40,321 bases of DNA from Chiloscyllium plagiosum (GCF_004010195.1 NC_057718.1:4404136-4444456), one strand, 5' to 3'; shown: positions 11,111 to 23,755, counted from the first letter of the stretch. Numbers and translations: made by a program. Notes: generated by a model not told the origin, from the letters alone.

Positions 11111-14100
11111 TTGTAGAGTCGAGAGGGCTGATTCTGTGGTTGTATTTCCTAATGCCTTGTTAGATGTCAAGTGGTCCATCCAGTTTCATTCCTTTGTTGA
11201 GACTTTGCAGTGATTAATACAGTGAGTAGCTTGTTGGGCGACTGTCAAGTTGGCAGGATTGTTTCTGCCATTGACTTTGGTTCCATGGAGATCAGGAGAT
11301 TCCTAATTCCAGTCATTTTTTTCTTGAATTCAGATTCCACCATCTGCCGAGCTGGGATTCGAACAAGGACTTCAGTTGTATATTTTAATATTCTGGATAA
11401 AAGTTAAATACATTAGGTTTGTTCACTCATTTTAAATATTACTAACCCTGGTTGTGTTTCTTTGTAAAACACTGTCCATCATCCTGTCTCCTTCATCCTT
11501 CCCTCCAACAACAAGAGCAAGGAGCACATTGAGTGTCTCTGTCACTAAGACTGAGACAATCCGATCAACTGCCTCTGCTGCTTCTCTCCCTCCCACTAGC
11601 CCACCGAGACAAACTGCCTCACATGGTGTTCCTGATTTTTTGTCCCAATCTTACATCTTTCTCCAGTATCTTGTCAAGCCTTATCAGAGCTCATCTTGAT
11701 CTTTTACTGGTCTCGCTAAACTACAGACATTCCAACTCTGTTTCCTCCTCCTCCTCATCAACACTCCCCCTCGCCAATTCACAGGTATTGTTCCTTGTTC
11801 TGTCTGTCTGTCTTTTCTGGTTATGTCCTTCTCATCCATTCTGCAAAAAAACTAACATTTGACCTCACCATCATTTGTAAATCCTGCTCCATCTCCACTC
11901 TCCCTTTCCTTTCTGAATTCCTTGTATTTGGTGTCCCTCAAGGATCTTTAGGTTTTACATGTACACTGGCAATACCCAACTCTCCCTCCCCATCATCCCT
12001 CTCCATTGTTGCACTGTTGCTAAGTTATCAAACTGCTTATCACGCTTCCATTACTCTATTAGCTGCAATTTCCTCCAATGAAACACTGTAATGGGTAAAC
12101 CCTTTACCTTCAGTTGCTAATACAAATTACTTTCCCTGACTGCTGAGCCTCTCCCTCTCACTGGAAAATGCCTGAGGTAGAACTACAACTCTTTACAATA
12201 TTGCTGTCGTATCTGAGCCCGAGGTGACCTTCTGACCTGACATCAACACAATCACAAACACCAGGAATTCCAATCTCTAAAATGTTGCTTGTCTCCACCT
12301 CACCCCAGCTCCATTGCTACTGAAACCCCTTACCCGTGTCGGTGTTGCCTTAAACTTGATGAATCTGAAATAGAACCCTTGATTCCGTGACTGACCCAGA
12401 ATCTGCTGCTTTCGGTGTTTCCTGCACAATTACCCCCGGTCCCTTTGTGGTGCAGCTTTCTACAGTTTCCACCATTTAAATAGCACTCTTCTTTTATTAT
12501 CTCCTCCAAGATAGCCAATATCCCATTTTCCCAAATTATACTCCATCTGGCAACTTGTTGTCCCCTTCTCCTGTGCATCTCTCTCTCTCTTCACAATCCT
12601 CTTAGAACTTTACAGTTATGCCTTTTCTACGAGTCACCGCCCCACCCCCCAATTCTCTCTAAACATTTACTGGGAGTACTGGGCAGTGTGAAGCATGCAG
12701 AGTTGCTCTGTTTTTAGAGATACTCTATGGGAGGAGCTTGCTGCCCATTGGTCAGAGTGGAGGCAACGTGCCCATCGAGCTGGATGAGCCTTTCCCACCC
12801 CATGTCTTATTGATGAGGCACAGCGGTGGCACGGAAGGAAAAAAAGAGAAGCAAATCCTGCTCTCCACATCTCACTGACTCTTGGAATATTCTGTCCCAT
12901 GTGTCAAAGATCTGCCCTGTTCGGTCACATGAAATTCCAAGGGGGAAACTCCTAGAAACACACATAGATTTCCCCCTGAACTGACTGCTGACCTCCACAA
13001 GGGGTAATGTGTCAGTCATCCTGGGCTAGGAGGAGGGGAGGTGCGAGTTTCTAACTTGAACTGACAATGATGGATTTTATAAACTTGTATTACAGGAGAC
13101 GACAGGTGGACATTCAGACGATAATCTCAGTCATTGTAACACCTAACTCTGATGGAATTAGTCAATTCATCAGAACCTGGATATTCGCATTGTGTATGAG
13201 TATTGTATTCCACCTGAATCCCATTTGCTGCATAAAAGTTCTCCTTTGAATCTTCCCAAACCTTTAATGTGTGTCCTGTAATCCTTGTATAATGAGCTGA
13301 TGGGTGTAAGGTTTATTATTATAACGTGTAACTTTTCTAAACCCCTCTTTAGAAAAGTTACACGTTATAATAATAAACAGCTCCTCTCAATTGCCTTTGC
13401 TCCAAGGAGAACAACCTCAGTTTCCCCAAACCCCTGATTCCCCAATGTCTGTTTGCTCTCTATAAGGCACACATCAGGATTGTGTTGGAACATTCTCCAA
13501 TTGCCTGCATCAGTGCAGCCCCCAACACTATTAAAGAAAGTGAACATCCTCCAGGACAAAGCACTGTGACTGAGTGGTGTTCCATCCACCACCTTCAGCA
13601 TTCCCTCTCCCCACCCCAGAAACACAGTGGCATCACTGTGTAAAAGGTAAAGGTAGCATTGTCCGACCAGAACATAGGGCTGCGCACTCATTAGGGAGGA
13701 AACTGGAGTCCATGGAAGANNNNNNNNNNNNNNNNNNNNNNNNNNNNNNNNNNNNNNNNNNNNNNNNNNNNNNNNNNNNNNNNNNNNNNNNNNNNNNNNN
13801 NNNNNNNNNNNNNNNNNNNNNNNNNNNNNNNNNNNNNNNNNNNNNNNNNNNNNNNNNNNNNNNNNNNNNNNNNNNNNNNNNNNNNNNNNNNNNNNNNNNN
13901 NNNNNNNNNNNNNNNNNNNNNNNNNNNNNNNNNNNNNNNNNNNNNNNNNNNNNNNNNNNNNNNNNNNNNNNNNNNNNNNNNNNNNNNNNNNNNNNNNNNN
14001 NNNNNNNNNNNNNNNNNNNNNNNNNNNNNNNNNNNNNNNNNNNNNNNNNNNNNNNNNNNNNNNNNNNNNNNNNNNNNNNNNNNNNNNNNNNNNNNNNNNN

Positions 14101-15494
14101 NNNNNNNNNNNNNNNNNNNNNNNNNNNNNNNNNNNNNNNNNNNNNNNNNNNNNNNNNNNNNNNNNNNNNNNNNNNNNNNNNNNNNNNNNNNNNNNNNNNN
14201 NNNNNNNNNNNNNNNNNNNATGTTACAGAGAGAGAGAATAGACAGGGAGTTTGTAGATGGGAACGACAAGCAGTGCAATCTAATTCACGAATGGTCACTC
14301 AACCGGAAACGTTAACTCTGATTTCTCTCCCCAGCTGCTGTTGAGCTTTTCCAGCAATTTCTGTTTTTGTTTCTGATTTCCAGCATCCGCAATTCTTTCG
14401 GCTTTTATCAGGGAGTTGGATCATTTCGGAGTTCATTCTGTTATGATCGTTCCCTTTTAGAAAGTGTTGGGTGTGTTTAATTGAGGCGTAAATCTGAAAA
14501 GTTGAAAAAGGGGCTGGAGGAGGTGATTCCAGCTGTCAGTGGGAACACGGTTGTCTCCAGTTCCACCCCAACTTCCACTCCATCTCTATTACTCCTTCAT
14601 TCTCTCAATGGTCACCGTGGGGATCCTACTGACTATGGGAGGTTCACTGGGACACAGAATTCCAAAGATTCCTGAGAGAGAAGAATTTCTCCTCACCTCT
14701 GTCCTAAACAACCAGCCTCATATCCTGGTCCCGAGCCTATTTTGGACCCTCCTGTCAAGCCCTTGAAGAATTTTATACATTTTAAGGCCATCACCTTTCG
14801 TTGTTCTAAACTCCAATGAATACCAGTGTATTCTGTTCAACTCAGTCCGTGCTCACTGCAACACCAGGGCAAACCATTTGAAGTTTCTCCTTGCCAGAAA
14901 GAAAAAGATGTTTTGAAAGTAAGCAGCTTGCCCTGCGTCCCCGTACTGATCCCTGGGAGAGATCTCTTGTCAGATTTCACTCAGTCCCTTCCTGACAGTA
15001 ACCGCGTCAGCGCTGCTGAGCTAATTGACAAACCTTGAAACATTCTCAAATGCCCTGAAAGTCCACTGTTGCCTGTCCAGTGTGACTCACTGAATTAGTT
15101 CTATTCAAGGCTGATTGTGTAAACCTCAGGTTTCGATGACCTGGGTTCAGAGTGAAAAATGCCCCTTCCTCACAGTCTGTTCGGCTCCGGAGTCCCTTCT
15201 GCAGGACTGTTTGAAACAATTAGCTTGAGAGTAGAGATAGGAATGGATGAATCACTCTCTCAGTCATTTAGTCCAGACTATGATTGCGATATTATATCAG
15301 ATCAATTTATCACTCATTGCTTGTGGTTTTAACAGTGATCAAATGTTTAGAAAGAATGAATTTATAATCATTGAGAGAATAACACCCTCTATCACAGGTT
15401 ACATTGAAATATATTCACTTCGTGTCTTAAGTCTCCAATTTGTACAGAGGATGGCAGCATCACTATAATGAATCAATAGTTTGTTTTGCTATAT

Positions 15495-15650
15495 CTGTCC
15501 TGGAGGGCTTAAAGGGGACAATACAGAGGCATTTTTACTCTGTATCTAACCCCATGCTGTCCCTGTCCTGGGAGGACTTAATGGAGACAGTGTAGAGAAA
15601 GCTTTACTCTGTATCTAATCCTATTCTCTCCCTATTCTGGGTGTGTCTGT
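15495..15650 (+). repeat. Short tandem repeat, about 69-bp unit, roughly two copies
   Basis: tttactctgtatctaa recurs at 15534 and 15603, each followed by a ...ccct.t.ctggg motif. Confidence 0.6.
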
Positions 15651-16796
15651 GAATTTTTCCCAAAGGTTAAAATCCTTCATGTTGTGAAGGACAACATTAA
15701 AAATTAACTTCTTAATCTCCTGTTTGAAAGATTCTACTGTCCTTCACATTATGTGCACAATGTGGGTTTGAATATTTAAACTGAACTCAGTTACTTCATG
15801 AAATGAAGTTGCTTCCTCTCACATGTGTAGCAGCCTCTGGGCGCTGTCTTCCTTTTTCAATTTGGACGAAGAAATCTGAAGTTGCCACAGTAAAATGAGC
15901 AGCTCTCTCAGTGGAAACCTTCCATTGTTTAATTACTCATCCCAAGCTTCATTTATTCCCGCAGTCTGATTTATAGAGTAAGTTACCTGCTCCTCGTCTG
16001 CTTCTTCCTCCCACCGAGACTATGAATTCTTTCGATCACAGCCACCTAACCTTCAGACTGATTCCTACAGAGGGCTGACTGTCTGAGGAACCGAGTGTGC
16101 TTCCTGGTTTTGCTCTGTGCTTAATTATGAAGAAGATTTCTGGCCCTCAGAATCCGTGGTTCAGTTTTTAACCAGGCCTGGTGTTTTCCAGAAGGTAGCT
16201 GTGGCTAAGTGAGCAAAATTCAAAAACAGATTTAAATCCCACCCTGAGCCAAACAATGACTTTTTTTTCAGAAAATGTGCTTTATTCATAAAATTTGTGG
16301 AAAGAAGAGTTACAAAATATTTTCAATTTGAATATTGCTGGATTTGCAATAAAACTCAACCTGTCCCCATGCAGCGTATTCCATTCAATACAACTGTAAT
16401 ATTTACAAAATTCATTCCTTATCAAGTAAACAGTCAGAGGGTAAAATTTTTCAAGTTGGAACTTGCAGAAAGTGCAGTAAGTGTCTTTTCTTCGTGTGAG
16501 GTGCCTCAGTACATTTGGAGTAGTCTTGATCACAATGTCCCTTCTTTAAAAAGTACACAGCCCAAGGGTTCTGCAGTTTCTAGCCCCTCACTGTGCCCCT
16601 TAATGATAGCACTTAACCACACTGCCTACCTCCATTGCAGCTGCTCCCAGGTTGAGGATGCCCCTGGGTTCTTGACATGGAGGGTGTGCCAGTCTGCAAC
16701 ACTGAAGCAGGGAGGACTGGAAGAGCAGCTAACTTTAGGTAGACCAAAAAGGGTCTAGCCCACCACAGAGAGCCCCCCAAGCAGGCAGGCAGGCAC

Positions 16797-16834
<38 letters not shown>

Positions 16835-16849
16835 GGTGTGTGTGTGTGT
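16797..16849. repeat. (GA)n-(GT)n compound microsatellite
   Basis: Directly visible. Confidence 0.9.
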
Positions 16850-16879
16850 CCAACCCAGGGCACAGCCCCTGGAGTACAC

Positions 16880-18233
16880 TTTTTTTTATTTCAAAAATAT
16901 ACTTAATTCATAAAATACTTTGATGATCTGTACAACTGGACATGCCATACATATGTAAACATTCCATTTGTTTGCATACCGAAAACAGAGTAATCATTCC
17001 TATTTACAGGTCTGTACGATTACATTCCTAGCTGAGGCGTCAGCAGAGCCCAAATGACTGCGCGGGCCCCCTGTTCTTCTTTAGGCAGGCAGATGTTACA
17101 CGGTGGTCTTTCCCCACCGCGCCTTGGCGGCAGCTGCCCCAAGCTTCAGCACGTCCCTCAACACGTAGTCCTGGACCTTGGAATGTGCCAGTCTGCAACA
17201 CTCAGTCGGGGTCAACTCCTTCAGCTGGAAGATCAGCAGGTTTCGGACGGCCCAGAGAGTGTCCTCACCGAGTTGATGATCCTCCAGGCACAGTTGATGT
17301 TCGTCTCGGTGTGCGTCCCAGGGAACAGGCCGTAGAGCACGGAGTCCCGCGTCATGGCGCTGCTCGGGACGAACCTCGACAAACATCACTGCATTCCTCT
17401 CCAGACTTCTTCGGCATAGGCACATTCCAGAAGGAGGTGTGTGACAGTCTCGTCCCCCCTGCAGCCGCTTCGAGGGCAGCGTGCGGTGCGGCTGAGAGTC
17501 CGGGCGTGCATAAAGGATCTCACAGGAAGAGCCCTTCTCACCACCAGCCAAGCCATGTCTTGGTGCTTGTTGGAAAGTTCTGGTGATGAGGCATTCTGCC
17601 AAATGGCTTTGACAGTCTGCTCAGGGAACCGCTCGATAGGATCCGCCCTCTCCTTTTCCCGAAGGGTCTCAAGGACACTACGTGCTGACCACTTCCTGAT
17701 GGACTTGTGGTCAAAGGTGTTTTTCTTCATAAACTTCTCCACGAAGGACAGGTGATACCGAACGGTCCAACTACTCGGAGCGTTCCGCGGCAGCGAGGCC
17801 AGGCCCATCCTTCGCAACACCGGGGACAGGTAGAACCTCAGTACATAGTGACACTTGGTGTTTGTGTACCGGGGATCCACGCACAGCTTGATGCAGCCAC
17901 ACACAAAGGTGGCCATCAGAGTGAGGGTGGCATTGCGTGTATTTTTTCCCCCGTTGCCCAGATCTTTGTACAGCGAGTCCCTTCAGACCCGGTCCATCTT
18001 TGACCTCCATATAAACTGGAAGATGGCCCAGGTGATTGCAGCGGCACAGGTTCTGGGAATAGGCTGGACCTGTGCCACGTATAATAGCAATGGCAGTGCC
18101 TCACACCTGATGACCTGGTTTTTTCCCGCGATGGAGAGCGACCGTAGCTTCCATCTGCCCAGTTTCTGCCTCACTTTACTGATACGCTCCTCCCAAGACT
18201 TGGCACACGCCCCAGCCCCCCCCCGAACCAAAT
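16880..18233 (-). mobile_element. 5'-truncated Tx1/L1-clade LINE with 16-bp target-site duplication
   Basis: ORF2 C-terminal remnants IWFGGAGACAKSWEERI...SLSIAGKNQVIR and zinc knuckle CPRSGCRGDETVTHLLLEC; AATAAA + poly(A) end on the minus strand; TSD agcccctggagtacac at 16864-16879 and 18234-18249; retains many CpGs. Confidence 0.9.
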
Positions 18234-18584
18234 AGCCCCTGGAGTACACAGTCCCACACATTGAGATGCTCAGGACAAATCTGAACAGAAACCACATCCA
18301 TGCTCTCCAGCCCTTCCTTACAAAGGCACATCTCACTGCAGCTGACCAGTCTCCCACACAGTACTGAGGGGTCACTGCACTGCTAGAGCTGCTTATCTTT
18401 TGTAGAAGATCCCCCATTACATGTAAAGATCTGACAGCAATCTTTTAAAAAGCATATTCCACATTAAAAAGCATCAAGAGCATATGCTTGATTGAAGCAT
18501 ATAAGATCCTGAGTGGACTTGATTGGGTGGATGTGTAAAAGATGTTCTTCTTGTGGGAAAATCTAGAATGCGGGGTCACTGTTC

Positions 18585-18990
18585 GATTTGACTAACTATT
18601 GTCACATGTGTGTAAGTACAGTGGAAAAATTGCTTTGTCTGCAGTACAAGCAGACCATACAAAGATCATATAGGGTGATAGAACAGAGCAAGGAATTCAA
18701 TGTTACAGATGCAGAGAAGGTGCAAAAAAAAGGTACAAGATCAACATTAGGTTTGAAATTTGACGTTCATTCAGCAATCTAATACCAGTGGGGAAGAAGC
18801 TGTTCTTGAATCTGTTGGTACGTGTGTTTAAGCTTTTGTGTCTTCTGCCTGATGACAGAGGTTGGTAGAGATTATAACTGCGGTGGGAGGGGTCTTTGAT
18901 GTTGACTGCCTTCCCGAGGCAGCAAGGAATATAGATGGTGGCAATGGATGAAAAGTTGGTTTCTATAATCACCTGGGCTGTATTCACAAC
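18585..18990 (-). mobile_element. Rex1/Babar-like LINE 3' fragment
   Basis: Peptide IKDPSH...PLSSGRRHKSLNTRTNRFKNSFFPTGIRLLN matches the typical Rex1-type C-terminus. Confidence 0.7.
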
Positions 18991-19052
18991 ACTCTATTTT
19001 TCTTACAGTCCTGGGCAGAGAAGTTCCCTTACCAAGACAAGATGCATCCAGA

Positions 19053-19289
19053 TAGAAACCAAAACAACTGTGGATGCTGTAAATCAGAAACAATCTCAGA
19101 GGTTGCCAGGAAAGCTCAGCAGGTCGGGCAGCATCTGTGAATAGAAATCAAGGTTAACGTTTTGAGTCTGGTGACCCTTCAGAATGCTGAGCAAGGGTCA
19201 CCGGCCCTGAAATGTTACCCTTGATTTCTCTTCACAGATGCTGCCAGACCTGCTGAGCCTTTCCAGTAACTTCTGTAATTGTTTCTGAT
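19053..19289. mobile_element. Penelope-derived palindromic element (about 100-bp arms)
   Basis: Arms 19083-19182 and 19187-19289 are near reverse complements; degenerate hammerhead cores at the centre; direct repeat gatgcatccaga at 19041-19052 and 19287-19298. Confidence 0.8.
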
Positions 19290-19490
19290 GCATCCAGAGA
19301 TACTGATACATCATAGAAAGCATTCTATGTGGGTGAAAGTCTAAAGTTGTTTAAAAATCATGGCACCCATTTAATATAGGTCTCTAACTCTCACCTCCAA
19401 ATGCAACCCCCTCCCCCTACCCCCCCTCCCCCCCCACCAATCCCCACCTTCCCAGTTCTCTAACTCTCCCTCTGTTTCTCATTCATTCAG

Positions 19491-19592
19491 ATTCAAGGGA
19501 CTGTGGGATATCAGTTCCAAAACTGGGCCAACACCTACAGCTGCAAGCCAGAGTTCTACTTTGAACCAGCCTCCGTGGAGGAAGTCCGACAG
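19491..19592 (+). CDS. gulo: L-gulonolactone oxidase, coding exon (equivalent to exon 2)
   Basis: Pyrimidine tract + ttcag acceptor; 102 nt translate to [34 protein letters not shown], matching the GULO N-terminus (FQNWA.TY.C.PE.Y..P.SV.EVR); donor AG|gtgagg, phase 0. Confidence 0.95.
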
Positions 19593-20879
19593 GTGAGGAA
19601 CAGAATCCACTCACACATTCAGCCCCCACTCCAGCTCATCGCCTGCTGTCCTCCAGATACATCATGATGGGCCAGGGAGTTCTTTAACCAAAAGCCAACC
19701 CACATTCTGCAAGGCTGCAGTGAGAGGATGCAGAACTGTCACTATTAGCTCATGGATACACAACTAAGAACAGTGAGTCATTAGAGATAGGGTTCCGAGT
19801 TTGTTTAACACCTGTCACGTTCTCAGAATGTTTCAAAGTACTTCACAATCCAGGAGAACAGAAGATACTGAATACAGTATACACACTGAGGAAATGAGAG
19901 GTGCAGGATTTTCACACTGGAACACAGCAAGATGCAGGAGATATGCACGGGAGAACAGAGATATAAAGGATAGCTTGGAAAATTAGGGTTATGATTCCAG
20001 CTGAAGTTACTGTTGGACAAGTCAGATCTAAAATTAAATCTAGATTGATAGATTTTTTTTATAATTTAGCATTGTGATCTTTTATTAAAACACGAACTAA
20101 GATTATGGTTTTGGTTTTAATAATAAAACAGGGGTTTGTTACACAAAAAGAACCAAAAACAAAATAAACCAAATGAAGCTATCTTAAAAAAGAATTGGAA
20201 CTTCAAAGCATACAACAAAACAAAATCTTATCTATTTCCAAATTCATCACATTCTCATTAATCAAAATCCAGAGGAACTTTCACTGTTCGATCTATGGGT
20301 TTAATTTCACTGCTGCTCAGTTCCTGTCATGAACTGTAACTCTTTTTTTTTAACCTTGAATCATCACAGAACCAACAGCCTTAGACATTCTTAGTTTATT
20401 TAGTAATTTGCAGATGACTACCCAACCAATCCTGGATTGGAAGATACACAAACTACACACTTTCACTGAGGTAACTTATTCCCTTAACTGCTTTGAATAA
20501 TCTCCTTTTTCTCAGAGATTATATTTGTGACTGACTCCAGTCATATTGTCTTCAAATTGTCCAAAAAGCTTTCAAACCTCTGAGTTTTTTGAAAAGCAAT
20601 CTTTGAAGATTCTAAAACCAAAAGCAAGATAATGTCTTTCAATGTTTTCTCTCTCCTGTTATAAACTTCCATGACATAACCAAACTTCCATGAACACACC
20701 AGGAGTTGCATACTGGTTTCAAACCAAAGTTCCAGAAAAATTAACCTTTTCACAAAAATAGATCAACACCCATATGCCACTAGTTTAAAATCCAAATGCT
20801 AAAAAACGGCAGTAAGTTTCTCAAATTGGCTGAAAGCAGATACTCTCAGATTTGTTATTAAATGTTCCTCATTCTGTAG

Positions 20880-21005
20880 GTTCTAGAGCTTGCCAAACAG
20901 CGCAATAAGCGAGTGAAGATCGTGGGCTGTGGACATTCACCCTCTGACATTGCGTGTACTGATGATTACCTCATCAGGCTCAACAAGCTTAACCGGCTTC
21001 TCCAG
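20880..21005 (+). CDS. gulo: L-gulonolactone oxidase, coding exon (exon 3; FAD-attachment His)
   Basis: ctgtag acceptor; 126 nt translate to [42 protein letters not shown], containing the [11 protein letters not shown] motif; donor CAG|gtaaca. Confidence 0.97.
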
Positions 21006-21753
21006 GTAACATTCACGCTACATGTTTGAAACAAAATCCATTGCTTTCCCCAGCTGGCTTGCCCCAGGAGAGTTTCTCCCAGTGTCCATTCAGGTTAGAA
21101 AGCTCTGATGAATTCAATGTGATTGAGGAGGAACTCTGCTGGGAACTAACTCACACCTCAATGTTACATAGTCCAAACATGGAACCTCATTGTGCCAGCT
21201 AAAAGCATCAAACATGACCACTATTGTCCATTTGACACTTGGAGATTAGTCCACTGCTCTATCCTTCCAGTGAGGAAACAGGCACTGGAGAAGGTGAAAT
21301 TAGATTCAGTACAATAGATACAGACATCAAAAATGCGTAGTTACAATGGAAGTAGATTAGAAAGCTACGAGATGTGTTAGAGATCTTTAGGGTTATGGAA
21401 GAGTTCAATTAGATAGACATGGAGAAGAGGTTACCATTTTATTTTACTTGCTATTCCTTGGGATGTGGGAATCACTGGCAAGACCAGGATTTACCGTCCA
21501 CCCATAATTGCCCCTGCACTGAGTGAATTTCTTGGTCATGGAAAGGGCAGTGAAGAGTCAATCTTTCTGCCCCTTGCAGAACAAATATCTTTTAATCTTT
21601 GCCTTAAAAAGATTCAAGGACCCCTGTTTACAAACCAAGTTCCAAAGACGCATGACCGTCCGAGAGAAGAAATTTCACCCCCTCTTTGTCTTAAATATTT
21701 TAAAACAGTGACCTCTGGTTCTAGAATGTTCTTTCTATATTCTTCTTCCACAG

Positions 21754-21848
21754 GTGGATACAAAGAAAAAGCAGGTGATGGTCGAGGCAGGGATGGTGTT
21801 GGCTGATTTGAATGAAGAATTAGCCAAGCTGGGATTGGCTCTGTCCAA
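21754..21848 (+). CDS. gulo: L-gulonolactone oxidase, coding exon (exon 4)
   Basis: ttcttcttccacag acceptor; 95 nt translate to VDTKKKQVMVEAGMVLADLNEELAKLGLALS + AA; donor AA|gtgagt is phase 2, compatible with the next exon. Confidence 0.95.
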
Positions 21849-22049
21849 GTGAGTGACTGAACCGGGGAGTTGTTTCCCACACAGAGGATCGCCCTGCCAC
21901 TAAACCTCCCCACCCCCCCTTTCCTCCCCCGACCCCCGCCATCTCACAGCTGTACCTGCTGTCTCTGACTGGGAGGAGATTATAGCAGAGAGACTAAGAG
22001 CTTTGTGAAGGTAGAATTTAACTTGGGCATTTACTCTGAATCAGGTGAA

Positions 22050-22175
22050 AGGGAGGACTGCAGATGCTGGATATCAGAGTCAAGATCAGAGTGGTGTTTG
22101 AAATGCACAGCAGGTCAGGCAGCATCAGAGGAGCAAGAAAATCGACATTTCAGGCAGAAGCCCTTCATCTGGAAT
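22050..22175 (-). mobile_element. Penelope-derived half element with degenerate hammerhead core
   Basis: Same leader as the 10814 copy; the minus strand reads CAGATGA-AGGGC-TTCT-GCCT-GAAAT-GTC at 22144-22171. Confidence 0.65.
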
Positions 22176-22640
22176 CACACTAGTCCCCAGCCTTAGAAAG
22201 GCCAGATACTGCCAGCCAAGGTGCCTGAATCCTGTCCTTGCAATTCATGTCTGAACAATGAGGAAAGATCGGATAAGCTGGGGCTGGGTTCCTTGGAGCA
22301 GTAAAGCTTGTGAGGGTAACTGTTAGTGGTTTGTAAGATTGAGAGACATGGAGAGGGTGGATAGAAGGCACTTTTTTTTAACCAGTAGTGGTGTCAGTAA
22401 CCAGAGGGTAGAGATCGTAAGTTAGAGGCGGAAGGCTAAGATAAGAATTGAGTAAAAATTTTTCACCCAGAGGGCGGTGGGAACTCATTATCTGAAAGAA
22501 AAGGTTGAGTTAGAAACTCTTGCAATAGTTTAGCAGTATTTAGATATTCACTTGTTCTCCAAGGCTATCGGACAGAGAGCTGGAAAATGAGATTTGTGCT
22601 GACAAATGTAGACACAATAGGCCAAATGGCTTCCTGCTGC

Positions 22641-22950
22641 ATTTTTTAAAATTTCAAAATATAAGTTAATCAAAGATATCTTTGTGCATATATAGACATA
22701 GTCACAAATGCAGTTTAGTTATGTTCAGTAGCTTATCACGGAAACCAACATTGGAGTTTGACAGTATGCCAGAAACCAAAGGCATCTCTTACTTGAATCA
22801 GACCATATTTTACATGCATTTGAGACACTGGGAAGGTAAACAGCCCCTCCATGTACTTTCAGCAGGAAGATCTCAGACAGTAGTGTTTCCCCACTGCCTC
22901 CCTCAACACGTAATCCTGGACCATGGGATGTGCCAGTCAGCAAATTCTGT
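22641..22950 (-). mobile_element. Tx1-like LINE 3' fragment
   Basis: Similar to 16880-17200 (tttcaaaatata..ttaat; ccctcaacacgtaatcctggacc.tgg.atgtgccagtc). Confidence 0.65.
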
Positions 22951-23216
22951 AAAAATGGATAAATCAATACATCAGTTCAAGCCTTTTAGTTCCAAGTCTC
23001 ACTCGGTTCTGCAGCCTTCCCAAGGTCAACGTTTCCTTCCTGAGTGGTGGTGCCCAGAGTTCCCCTGGCTGGGTGAGTGGAGAGAGATTTAGCCACAAAT
23101 TTGTTGAATGTCAAAATTTCATCTGTCCATTCCAGCTCCCTTCACATAAAGGCCAACATCCCAGTAATGTGTTTGCTAACCTCTTTTTCACACCCTCTAG
23201 TATGTAATAAGTTTGG

Positions 23217-23561
23217 GTGACGCGGTGGGCTCAGTGGTTAGCGCTGCTATCTTTCACTTCAGGAACCTGGGTTCAATTTCATTTTCAGGCGACTGTGCAA
23301 ACTCTCCACACACATTCTCCCTGTGTTGGCGTGGATTTCCTCCGGGTGCTCTGGCTTCCTTCCACACTCCAAAAACATGCAGATTAGGTGGATTGGCTAT
23401 GCGAAATTGCCTTGTAGTGTCCAGGGATGTGCAGGCTAGGTAGATTAGCCATGGGAAATACTGGGTTGCAGGTGTGAGGTGGTTCTGGGTGGGATGCTCT
23501 TCAGAGGGTTGGTGTAGACCTGATGGGCTAAACTGCCTGCTCCCACACTGTAAGGATCCTA
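23217..23561 (+). mobile_element. HE1-like V-SINE, near full length
   Basis: tRNA-like head (A box ggctcagtggtt, B box gggttcaattt), V-domain core gtggatttcctccgggtgctctggcttccttccaca and a CR1-like tail. Confidence 0.8.
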
Positions 23562-23755
23562 TAACCTGTGTACACTTTGAGCTTGCTGCTACCCCACAGC
23601 TTGTGGTCAGCAAGGACTGCAATTTGGTTCTCACTCAGATCCAAAGCAGAGGACCATGCACCTTATTGTAGTCAAGTTGCTGAAGTCTGGCACGACTCTG
23701 TCTCAATTTTTGTCTTCAATCTCTGACCTGCAATTACTAATTTTTATAAATATTC

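Larger units (their letters stand above)
16255..18370 (-). mobile_element. Older degenerate Tx1-like LINE 3' fragment, split by a younger insertion
   Basis: T-rich tail at about 16261; 16630-16710 and 18250-18345 align by eye to the younger copy's ORF2 C-terminus (tgtgccagtctgcaacact shared; CAFVRKGWRAWMWFLFRFV vs CAYAEEVWRGMQ*CLSRFV). Confidence 0.6.

Noticed and set aside
10066..14344. Long ORFs containing X runs (also 35376-36059 and 37698-38312)
   Set aside because: Artefacts of reading through N gaps.
15985..16070. Possible minus-strand exon ending GAGCAG|gtaact
   Set aside because: All three frames contain stops after the nearest acceptor, and there is no other support.
20073..20754. 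AT-rich segment bounded by TGTGA...TCACA as a solo LTR
   Set aside because: Only a 5-bp terminal match and no target-site duplication; possible but not supportable by eye.
21465..21913. ORFs of 113 aa (+) and 99 aa (-) overlapping gulo exon 4
   Set aside because: Shadow frames built from SINE/LINE scraps plus out-of-frame exon sequence.
23217..23290. tRNA gene
   Set aside because: It has A and B boxes but no full cloverleaf and continues into a SINE body.
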